Both the position numbers and the translations under genes were made by a program. Shown piece by piece: positions 46,954 through 54,698 of a stretch of DNA of 64,000 nt (position 1 is its first letter; every line of letters begins with the position of its first letter). The DNA comes from Myxococcota bacterium (GTDB lineage Bacteria > Myxococcota_A > Polyangia > Polyangiales > Ga0077539): the NCBI GenBank assembly GCA_052035985.1, contig JBPOHC010000034.1, positions 1,320-65,319 of the forward strand, given 5' to 3'. Under the pieces are notes generated by a model. It saw nothing but the letters and a program-made list of their open reading frames with translations, had not been told where the DNA came from and did no database searches.

Positions 46954-48294
46954 ATGTTCTGCCCCAACTGCGGCCATCAGAACCCTGAAAACGCCGCGAA
47001 CTGCCAGCGCTGTTCGGCCCCCCTCGGCGCGGGCGGTCCCGCCGTTGGCAAGCCCGCCCCCAAGTTCAAGGGCACGATGCTCATGACCTCGACGAGCGAG
47101 GGATTCGGCGGAGCCCCCGCCGCCGCCCCGAAGCCCTCGCCCGGCGTCGCTGCGCAGTTCCAGAAGACCATGGTCGGCGGCATCTCGGTGGTCGACCCGG
47201 CCTCGCTCGGCGGCGACGACAACGACGAGTCGTTCGAAGCGCGCACGGTGATGCAGCCCTCGCAGTTCGACGCGCAGCGTCCGCCGACGCCGCCGCCCGC
47301 CGCGGGCGCGAACCCCATCGGCGGTCCTCCGCGCGCGCCGTCGCCTCCGACGCCCCCTGCGCCTCCGCGCGCGCCGACGCCTGCGTCGCCCATGACGGGC
47401 GCATCGACGATGGCCGTCGACGCGTCTGCGTTCGGGCTCCCTGGCGCGGGTGCTCCGCAGCAGCGTCCGCAGACCCCTGCGCCGCTGCCCGCAGCAGGAC
47501 AGCGTCCGCAGACGCCCGCGCCGCAGCCCGCGGCCGGACAGCGCCAGCAGAATCATCCTCCCGCGCCGCAGCACACCCCCGACGACGACGCGGTCTCGGG
47601 CGTGGCATCGACGCTCGCCGTCGACGCGTCGGCCTTCGGACTCGGCGGTCCCGGCATGCCCGGCGGGCCCGGCGGACCGTCTCCCTTCGGCGCGCAGCCG
47701 CACGCTCCGCAGCCGCACGCTCCGCAGCCGCAGCAGCCCCCGCAGCAGCAGTTCGGCGGGCCGCAGCAGCAACAGTTCGGGGGGCAGCAGCAGCAGTTCG
47801 GCGGAGCCCAACAGCAGCAACAGCCTCCGCAGCAGCAGTTCGGCGGGCCGCAGCAGGGCGCGCCGGGAGGAATCTCTTCGACCGTCGCGGTCGACATCTC
47901 GGCCTTCGGACTCGGCGGACCTGGCATGCCCGGCGGCCCCGGCGGACCTCCGCTGCCCGGTCAGGGAGGCCCTCAAAACCCCTATCCGCAAGGCCCCCAG
48001 GGGTACGGTCAGCCGCAGCAACAGCAGCAGGGATATCCGCAGCAACAGCAGCAGCAGCAGGGATATCCGCAGCAGCAACAGCAGGGGTATCCGCAGGGAT
48101 ACCCGCAGCAGGGACAGTTCGGCGGACCCGGGATGCAGCAGGGCGGAATGCAGCCCATGCCGCCGTTCCAGTCTCCTCCCGCGGCGCCCGCTGGCGGCAA
48201 CAAGACCATGATCTTCGTGGTCGTGGGGATCGTGGTCTTTCTGATCGCCGCGGCCGTCGTCGCCGCGATCGTGCTCAAGAACCGCGGGACCTGA
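46954..48294 (+). CDS. Zinc-ribbon protein with a long P/Q/G low-complexity region and a C-terminal TM anchor
   Basis: MFCPNCGHQNPENAANCQRCSAPL (CxxC..CxxC). It has three copies of the ST.AVD.SAFGL.G.G motif and Q-runs (QQQQQGYPQQQQQQQGYPQQQQQGYPQGYPQQ). The TM span is MIFVVVGIVVFLIAAAVVAAIVL. A GGAGGA SD sits 8 nt upstream. Confidence 0.75.
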   Translation: MFCPNCGHQNPENAANCQRCSAPLGAGGPAVGKPAPKFKGTMLMTSTSEGFGGAPAAAPKPSPGVAAQFQKTMVGGISVVDPASLGGDDNDESFEARTVMQPSQFDAQRPPTPPPAAGANPIGGPPRAPSPPTPPAPPRAPTPASPMTGASTMAVDASAFGLPGAGAPQQRPQTPAPLPAAGQRPQTPAPQPAAGQRQQNHPPAPQHTPDDDAVSGVASTLAVDASAFGLGGPGMPGGPGGPSPFGAQPHAPQPHAPQPQQPPQQQFGGPQQQQFGGQQQQFGGAQQQQQPPQQQFGGPQQGAPGGISSTVAVDISAFGLGGPGMPGGPGGPPLPGQGGPQNPYPQGPQGYGQPQQQQQGYPQQQQQQQGYPQQQQQGYPQGYPQQGQFGGPGMQQGGMQPMPPFQSPPAAPAGGNKTMIFVVVGIVVFLIAAAVVAAIVLKNRGT

Positions 48295-48311
48295 CGGCGT
48301 CGACCGCTGCG

Positions 48312-49091
48312 ATGGCCCTCATCGAGTTCCGCGACGTCTGGAAGTCCTTCGGCCCCAAGGCCGTCTACCAGGGCCTCAACCTCACCATCGAGCAGGGCGA
48401 GGCGTTCACCATCATGGGCGGCTCGGGCGTGGGCAAGAGCGTCATGCTCAAGCTCCTCATCGGGCTGCTCAAGGTCGACCGCGGCGAGATCCTCTTCGAC
48501 GGTCAGCACATCGAGAAGATGAACGCCAAGGAGCTCACCCGCGTGCGTCAGCGCGTCGGGATGCTCTTTCAAGGCGCGGCCCTCTTCGACTCGCTCACGG
48601 TCCGCGAGAACGTGGCCTACGGGCTCCGCGAGCACCTGCACATGAGCGAGGCCGAGATCGACGAGCGCGTGAACTGGGCCCTCACGCTCGTGGGCCTCCC
48701 GGGCATCGAGGCGATGCACCCGGCGGACCTCTCGGGCGGCATGAAGAAGCGCGTCGGCCTCGCGCGCACCGTGGCCCTCAAGCCCGAGGTGCTCCTCTAC
48801 GACGAGCCCACCACGGGCCTCGACCCGATCAACACCACGCGCATCAACCAGCTCATCGTCTCGATGCAGCGGGCGATCAAGGTGACCTCCATCGTGGTCA
48901 CGCACGACATGGGCACCGCCTTCGCCGTGTCGACGCGCATGGCGATGGTCTACAAGGGTCGCATCGTCGCGTCGGGCACGCCCGAGGACTTTCGCACGAG
49001 CACCAACCCCATGGTGCGCAACTTCATCGAGGGCAACGCCCCCGAAGACGAGGACATGGCCGCCCTCGTCGGGACCCACGCCGGGTCGTAG
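48312..49091 (+). CDS. MlaF-like ABC transporter ATP-binding protein
   Basis: GGSGVGKS (Walker A), LSGGMKKRVGLAR (signature) and LLYDEPTTGLD (Walker B). The length and order relative to the MCE gene fit MlaF. Confidence 0.85.
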   Translation: MALIEFRDVWKSFGPKAVYQGLNLTIEQGEAFTIMGGSGVGKSVMLKLLIGLLKVDRGEILFDGQHIEKMNAKELTRVRQRVGMLFQGAALFDSLTVRENVAYGLREHLHMSEAEIDERVNWALTLVGLPGIEAMHPADLSGGMKKRVGLARTVALKPEVLLYDEPTTGLDPINTTRINQLIVSMQRAIKVTSIVVTHDMGTAFAVSTRMAMVYKGRIVASGTPEDFRTSTNPMVRNFIEGNAPEDEDMAALVGTHAGS

Positions 49092-49112
49092 CAGGCCGCA
49101 GAGACACCACAC

Positions 49113-50228
49113 ATGATTTCGCGACAGGTCAGGGTGGGCTTCTTCCTCATGCTCGGCGTGGTGGTGCTGGGCGCGCTGGTGTTCCTCATCGGCGACGAGC
49201 GGCACCTGTTCGACCGTCAGGCGCACCTGCGCGCGACCTTCCGCGACGTGGCGGGGCTCAAGGTCGGCTCGCCCGTGCGCATGGGCGGCGTCGACGTCGG
49301 CGCGGTCACCGAGATCTCCTTCGGCACCACGAACGCCGATCGACGCATCCACGTGCGCTTCACCATCGTCGCGTCGCAGCTACCGCGCGTGCGCGCCGAC
49401 AGCACCGTGCGCATCGCGAGCAAGGGGCTCCTCGGCGACAAGGCCGTCGACATCACCATGGGCAACACGGGCAACGGCGCCTCCGACGAGTCCGAGGTGC
49501 GCTCCGAGGAGAGCGACGACATCGGCGCAGCGATGGCCGCCGCGTCGAGCGCGATGCAGCGCGCCAACGAGGTGCTCAACAACGTCGCCGCCGCGACGCG
49601 CCCCCTCGCGACGCCGCAGCTCGGCAACGACATCACCGCGCTCGCGCATGACCTCCGCACGATCTCGCACTCGGTGGCCGAGGGCCCCGGCACCGTGCAC
49701 ACGCTCCTCACGGACCCGAACACCTCCGCGCGCATCGAGCGCACCCTCGCCTCGGTGGAAGCCGCGTCAGCGCGCCTCTCGTCGATGACCGCCGAGGTCG
49801 ACGGCCTGGCCCGCGAGGCCCGCACGGGACACGGCCTCGTGCACGCGCTCCTCTACGACCGCGAGGGCGAGGCCACGCTGCGCTCCGCTGCGCGCGCCGC
49901 CGACGAGCTCGCGGGGATCACCCACGACGTGCGCACGGGCAACGGCGGACTGCACCAGATCATCTACGGCACCGACTCGTCGCAGGCCGTCGCCAACGTG
50001 AACGCCGCCACCGCGTCGCTGCGAGAGATCCTCGCGAGCGTGCAGCAGGGCCGCGGCACCGTGGGCGCGCTCCTCACCGACCCGTCGCTCTACGAGGACA
50101 TGAAGACCCTCGTGGGCAACGTGCAGCGCAACGAGATCCTCCGCGCGATGGTGCGCTACTCGATCCACGAGGACGAGGCCCGCAGGCCCGCCGTGAGCGC
50201 CACGCCCGCCGCCCCCGCGCCGCGCTGA
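49113..50228 (+). CDS. MlaD/MCE-family substrate-binding protein
   Basis: N-terminal TM span (VGFFLMLGVVVLGALVFLI), the MCE core ..FRDVAGLKVGSPVRMGGVDVGAVTEI.., and a long helical C-terminal extension. Confidence 0.8.
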   Translation: MISRQVRVGFFLMLGVVVLGALVFLIGDERHLFDRQAHLRATFRDVAGLKVGSPVRMGGVDVGAVTEISFGTTNADRRIHVRFTIVASQLPRVRADSTVRIASKGLLGDKAVDITMGNTGNGASDESEVRSEESDDIGAAMAAASSAMQRANEVLNNVAAATRPLATPQLGNDITALAHDLRTISHSVAEGPGTVHTLLTDPNTSARIERTLASVEAASARLSSMTAEVDGLAREARTGHGLVHALLYDREGEATLRSAARAADELAGITHDVRTGNGGLHQIIYGTDSSQAVANVNAATASLREILASVQQGRGTVGALLTDPSLYEDMKTLVGNVQRNEILRAMVRYSIHEDEARRPAVSATPAAPAPR

Positions 50229-50363
50229 AGCCCTCGTTTCGTCTCCGTCGTACGGAGCGGACAGCGGCGCTCCCGTGCCAGACCCGCCGCGCTACTTTCT
50301 TGCGGCCCGGCCCCTCGACGCTGTTGCCCTCTTGATGCGACCGGGGCTACACCTCGCGCGGTC

Positions 50364-52352
50364 ATGAGCAACGAGACCGTGTCTGGGGGCGACGCTCCCG
50401 GGCCTGTATCCGCGACGAGCGCATCGCCTCCCTCCGCTGAACCCCCGCCCTCACCACCGCAGTCACCCCCCACCCACGACGCGCCAGGCGGACACCACGG
50501 CTCCCTCGCGGGCCTCGCCCTCGGCGCCCTCGGCGTCGTCTACGGCGACATCGGGACCTCGCCCCTCTACGCCGTGAAGGAGTGCTTCGCGCACGGCCAC
50601 GGCGTCGACCCGACGCTGCCCAACGTGCTCGGGATCCTCTCTCTCATCGTGTGGTCGCTGATCCTGGTGATCGTGGTGAAGTACATCGCGTTCATCCTCC
50701 GCGCCGACAACCACGGCGAGGGCGGGATCCTCGCGCTCCTCGCGCTGGTCTCGCCGCGCGCCGACGCGGGGACGCCGCGCGCCGCGCTGATCGTGCTCGG
50801 CCTCTTCGGCGCCGCGCTGCTCTACGGCGACGGGATCATCACGCCTGCGATCTCGGTGCTCTCGGCCGTCGAGGGCCTCGAGGTCGCGACCACGACGGTG
50901 CACCCCTTCATCGTGCCCATCACGGTGCTGATCCTCGTCGGGTTGTTCCTCGTGCAGAAGCGCGGAACGGCGGGCGTGGGCGCGGTCTTCGGCCCCGCGA
51001 CGCTGGCGTGGTTCGTCGCCATCGCGGCCTCTGGGGTCCCGTGGATCGCGCGTCACCCCGAGGTGCTCACGGCGTTCAATCCCCTCTACGGCGCGCGCTT
51101 CTTCGCCGAGCACGGCTGGCACGGGTTTCTGCTCCTCGGGTCGGTGGTGCTCTGCGTGACGGGCGGCGAGGCCCTCTACGCAGACATGGGTCACTTCGGC
51201 CGTCGCCCGATCCGCTGGGCGTGGTTCGCGGTGGTGTTCCCCGCGCTGCTCTGCAACTACTTCGGTCAGGGCGCGGTGCTGCTCGAGCGCGGCGAGGCGG
51301 CGAGGGACAACCCGTTCTTCGCGATGGTCCCTGGCGTGATGGTGTACCCCATGGTGGCCATCGCGACGGTGGCCACGGTGGTGGCCTCGCAGGCCCTCAT
51401 CTCGGGCGCGTTCTCGCTCACGCAGCAGGCCGTGCAGCTCGGGTACTGCCCGCGCGTCACGATCGTCCACACGTCGGGCGAGGCCGAGGGGCAGATCTAC
51501 ATCCCCGAGGTGAACGGCTTCCTCATGGTGGCGTGCGTGCTGCTGGTGCTGATGTTCCGCGAGTCGTCGAAGCTCGCGGCGGCGTACGGCATCGCGGTCA
51601 CGGGCACGATGAGCATCACGTCGGTGCTGTTCTTCAACCTCACGCGCCAGTGGGGGTGGCCCATGTGGAAGAGCGTCGCCCTCGTGGGCCTCTTCCTCGT
51701 GTTCGACCTGGGCTTCCTCGCGGCCAACGTGGTGAAGGTCTCCGACGGCGGCTGGCTCCCCCTCGTCGTCGCCGCGGGCGTCTTCACCGCCATGACCACG
51801 TGGAAGCGCGGCCGCCGCTCCCTCGGCACGCACGTCATCGCGAACACGCTCCCGATGGAGCTCTTTCTCTCCGACGTGGCCGCCACCAAGCCCCACCGCG
51901 TGCAGGGCACGGCGGTCTTCATGACCTCGAACCCGAGCGGCGCCCCGCCGGTGCTCCTCCATCACTTCAAGCACAACAAGGTGCTGCACGAGCGGGTGAT
52001 CCTCCTCTCGGTGCAGACCCGCCACGTGCCCGAGGTGCCCGTCTCCGAGCGCGTCGAGATGACCGAGCTCGGCGACGGCTTCTCGCTGGTCGTCGCCACC
52101 TTCGGCTTCATGCAGACCCCCGACGTCATGGACGTGCTCCGCCTCTGCAAGTCGAAGGGGCTCGCCGTCGAGCCCGAGGGCGCGAGCTTCTACCTCGGCC
52201 GCGAGACGCTCCTCACGACGGGGCGCGCGGGGATGGCCCGCTGGCGCAAGGTGCTCTTCGCGTTCCTGTCTCGCAACGCGCGCCCGGCCAACATGTTCTT
52301 CAACATCCCGCCGAACCGCGTCGTCGAGCTCGGCACCCAGATCGAGCTCTGA
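50364..52352 (+). CDS. kup: KUP/HAK/KT potassium transporter
   Basis: The hallmark LGALGVVYGDIGTSPLYA. It is a polytopic protein of 662 aa with the typical cytoplasmic C-terminal domain. Confidence 0.9.
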   Translation: MSNETVSGGDAPGPVSATSASPPSAEPPPSPPQSPPTHDAPGGHHGSLAGLALGALGVVYGDIGTSPLYAVKECFAHGHGVDPTLPNVLGILSLIVWSLILVIVVKYIAFILRADNHGEGGILALLALVSPRADAGTPRAALIVLGLFGAALLYGDGIITPAISVLSAVEGLEVATTTVHPFIVPITVLILVGLFLVQKRGTAGVGAVFGPATLAWFVAIAASGVPWIARHPEVLTAFNPLYGARFFAEHGWHGFLLLGSVVLCVTGGEALYADMGHFGRRPIRWAWFAVVFPALLCNYFGQGAVLLERGEAARDNPFFAMVPGVMVYPMVAIATVATVVASQALISGAFSLTQQAVQLGYCPRVTIVHTSGEAEGQIYIPEVNGFLMVACVLLVLMFRESSKLAAAYGIAVTGTMSITSVLFFNLTRQWGWPMWKSVALVGLFLVFDLGFLAANVVKVSDGGWLPLVVAAGVFTAMTTWKRGRRSLGTHVIANTLPMELFLSDVAATKPHRVQGTAVFMTSNPSGAPPVLLHHFKHNKVLHERVILLSVQTRHVPEVPVSERVEMTELGDGFSLVVATFGFMQTPDVMDVLRLCKSKGLAVEPEGASFYLGRETLLTTGRAGMARWRKVLFAFLSRNARPANMFFNIPPNRVVELGTQIEL

Positions 52353-52353
52353 C

Positions 52354-53697
52354 TCACTGCCCGCGCTTGTCGCCCGCGCGCGGCCCCCACGAGGTGATCG
52401 CGACGGGCGCACCGAGCGCCTCCGCGGTCGCCTCGACGTAGCCCGCAGCATCACTCGAAACCTCTTCGTACAAGGGCTCCGCAGACGAGAGCGCCGCGGT
52501 GATCCGCGCCTGATGCGCGAGGTCCTGCCACGGTCCGAGGGCGAGCGTGCGGCCGTCGTCGGAGAAGAGATCGCGGTCTTCATCGCGCACGCGATAGCGG
52601 TCACAGACGCGCCACGACGCGCGCCCCGCGAGTCGGTCGAGGTGCGTGAGCGCGAGCGCGTCGACGCGGCCGCAGCAGGCCACGGCGTAGCGCGAGAGCA
52701 CGCGGTCGCTCCAGCCCGCGCGAAAGGCGCCCTGCCACGCGCCGTACGGGTTGTGCGGCTCCGCGAGCGCCGCCGTGAGCGCGGAGTCCTCTGTGGGAAA
52801 GGGCCCCGCACCGTGCCGCGTCGCGTACGCTCGGAGCGCTCCGACGCGCCGCACCTCGCCGTCGTAGCCGTGCTCTCGGAGGAGTTCGTCTGCGTTGTCG
52901 AAGGTGCAGGTGCTCCACGTCGTGTGCGGGTGCGTGCCGCGCCACTCGTCGAGCAGCACGCCCTGCGCGCCTTCGAAGATCACCGCGCCGTCTGCGCGCA
53001 GCACCTCGGCGAAGCGCGCGTCGTCGACCACACGCACAGCCGCGCGCCACTCCGAGAGCGCGTCGATCCACGCGTCGATCACGGCGTCGTTTTCGAACGC
53101 GCCCACATCGCGCGCGGCCTCGGGGTCTCGCGCCACGGCGCGCAGCACGTCGTCGAGCTCCGCGCGCTTGCGGTCTCTCACGCGAACGAGCGCGCGTCGC
53201 AGCGAGGGCGTGTCAGAGAGCTCTCCCGCGCGCAGCACGTCGCCGTGGGTGGTCGCGTCGAGCATCACCTCGCCCACGCCGACGCCGCAGCTCCCGTGGC
53301 GTGCGCTCCCGCGCGCGAGCTCTCTCAGCCGCGAGGCCGACTGGTGAAAGGGCGTCACGACCTTCGCCGCGGCGCTCACCGTGACGCGCGAGAGCGGATC
53401 GGCGACGCCGCTTCGCGCGAGGTGCCACGCCTCGACGATGAGCGCCGTGGGGTGCACCACGACGTGCCGCGAGAGCCACGTGCGTACGCCCGGTGAGAAG
53501 CTCCCCGCGCCGAGCTGCGCGAAGGTGTGGTGTCGCCCGTCGTCGGTGACGACGTTGTGTCCGGCCTGCGCGCCGCCGTTGAAACGCACGACGGTGTGAG
53601 CGCCGCGCGCGCGGGTGAGGTGGTCGGTGATGGTGCCTTTGCCCGCATCGCCGAAGCCGAGGTCGACGACGACGTGAGCCTCGCGACGCGCGGTCAT
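52354..53697 (-). CDS. Adenylosuccinate-synthetase-family (PurA-like) GTP-dependent ligase, divergent substrate loop
   Basis: Several PurA motifs are conserved: P-loop GFGDAGKGT (vs GDEGKGK), GGAQAGHNV (vs GGHNAGHT), IFEGAQGVLLD, YATRHGAGPFPTE and LTHLDRL (vs LTKLDVL). GATTGRRRR is replaced by GAWQGAFRA, and TTGRGIGP by GSCGVGVG. The start lies 7 nt after the vWA stop. Confidence 0.75.
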   Translation of the reverse strand: MTARREAHVVVDLGFGDAGKGTITDHLTRARGAHTVVRFNGGAQAGHNVVTDDGRHHTFAQLGAGSFSPGVRTWLSRHVVVHPTALIVEAWHLARSGVADPLSRVTVSAAAKVVTPFHQSASRLRELARGSARHGSCGVGVGEVMLDATTHGDVLRAGELSDTPSLRRALVRVRDRKRAELDDVLRAVARDPEAARDVGAFENDAVIDAWIDALSEWRAAVRVVDDARFAEVLRADGAVIFEGAQGVLLDEWRGTHPHTTWSTCTFDNADELLREHGYDGEVRRVGALRAYATRHGAGPFPTEDSALTAALAEPHNPYGAWQGAFRAGWSDRVLSRYAVACCGRVDALALTHLDRLAGRASWRVCDRYRVRDEDRDLFSDDGRTLALGPWQDLAHQARITAALSSAEPLYEEVSSDAAGYVEATAEALGAPVAITSWGPRAGDKRGQ

Positions 53698-53704
53698 CGG
53701 AGGG

Positions 53705-54676
53705 TCAGCGCTTGTGGCCGCTGGTGCCGTCGCCCTGGGGGATCGCGCCCGCCGAGGTCTTCGGCGCGGGTGCTCCGTCGCGTCCGCGCGAGGCCGAGAA
53801 CGCGGTGACGGCGCGCACGACGGCGCCCACGCGCTTGCCCTCGACGCCGTTGTCTCGCAGGCGCTTCGCGAGCGCGTCGAGGTCGCTCACGGCGCCCTCG
53901 CAGAGCGCCATGAGGCCCGCGGTGACGAGGCACGTGTCGGCGGGCTCCTCCATGACGATGACGTGGTCGCCGAGGGCGTCGCGCCACGCGCGCTCGCAGC
54001 GCTTCGCGCGGCTCGGATCGGGGATGAGAAAGAACGGTTCGAAGGTGCGCTGGAGCTCGTCGACGACGCGCGCGAGCGGGAGATCATCATCGAGGGCGTC
54101 GCCCACGAGGTCGTGCACCTGCTTCTTGCTCACGTAGGGGTACGGGTTCTCGTCGCCGGTCATGAAGAGGTAGCCGCGGTGCTTGCGCTTCTCCCAGCAG
54201 TCCATCGAGGTGTGGCGCGCGGCGATGTAGAGCCCGAGCTCGTACGACTCGGTGCCGAGCGCGCCGCCGCCGCCTTCGAGGAAGCTCCAGGTGAGCCACT
54301 GGTCCATCTCCTTGGCGGCCGATTCGAACTGGCCGACCTGGAGCGGGGCGCGGTCGCACGTCGCGTCGCCGACGGCCATGAAGAGCACCTGCGGATCGGG
54401 CATCCCGCAGTCGAGGAGCGTCTTCATGAACGTGGGCAGCTCGCGCTTGGCGAGGAGCTCGGGGATCTGCCCCATGGAGCCCGTGACGTCGAGCGCGAAG
54501 ACCACGCCGACGGAGTTGGGATGCGAGGGGCTGTCGCGCGACTCGCGCATCTTCAGCCCGTGCGGATTCATCAGGGGATGGCAGCTCTTCTGCGTGAACA
54601 CCTGCTGCCGCGGGAGCTCCGCGCGCGCCTTCGTGATGGCCTCGTGAGCCTCGTGGCTATAACCGCCGTATCCCAT
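53705..54676 (-). CDS. vWA-domain protein with an intact MIDAS
   Basis: ATG 54676 (MGYGGYSHEAHEAITKA..) is preceded by an AGGAG SD. The MIDAS elements are ALDVTGSMG (DxTxS), ..LGTES.. and ..FMTGDE.. Confidence 0.75.
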   Translation of the reverse strand: MGYGGYSHEAHEAITKARAELPRQQVFTQKSCHPLMNPHGLKMRESRDSPSHPNSVGVVFALDVTGSMGQIPELLAKRELPTFMKTLLDCGMPDPQVLFMAVGDATCDRAPLQVGQFESAAKEMDQWLTWSFLEGGGGALGTESYELGLYIAARHTSMDCWEKRKHRGYLFMTGDENPYPYVSKKQVHDLVGDALDDDLPLARVVDELQRTFEPFFLIPDPSRAKRCERAWRDALGDHVIVMEEPADTCLVTAGLMALCEGAVSDLDALAKRLRDNGVEGKRVGAVVRAVTAFSASRGRDGAPAPKTSAGAIPQGDGTSGHKR

Positions 54677-54698
54677 GTGTGATTCTCCTGTCGGGTGA

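Noticed and set aside
46330-48078. 582-aa minus-strand ORF, plus the ORFs 47450..48211 and 47081..47608
   Set aside because: They overlap the AKR and Zn-ribbon/PQ-rich genes and are low-complexity Arg/Leu/Ser frames. The + frame starting at 46954 has an SD, a zinc ribbon and a terminal TM span.
50229-50363. Possible riboswitch or leader upstream of kup, and a terminator after mlaD
   Set aside because: I see only a weak 6-bp hairpin (CTCCGT-cgt-ACGGAG, 50243-50257) without a U-tract. I could not recognise c-di-AMP (ydaO-type) or other riboswitch consensus elements by eye. A covariance-model scan (Rfam/Infernal) would be needed.
50463-52811. 782-aa minus-strand ORF and the 619-aa + ORF 50582..52441
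   Set aside because: Both overlap kup in other frames and are Arg-rich. The kup frame has the GDIGTSPLY hallmark and a polytopic hydrophobic pattern.
52354-53697. Calling this gene the housekeeping purA
   Set aside because: The PurA fold motifs are present, but the aspartate-binding GATTGRRRR loop and the TTGRGIGP loop are not. The gene is also operonic with vWA, pseudokinase and esterase genes. I therefore left the symbol blank. Whether a canonical purA exists elsewhere cannot be seen from this window.
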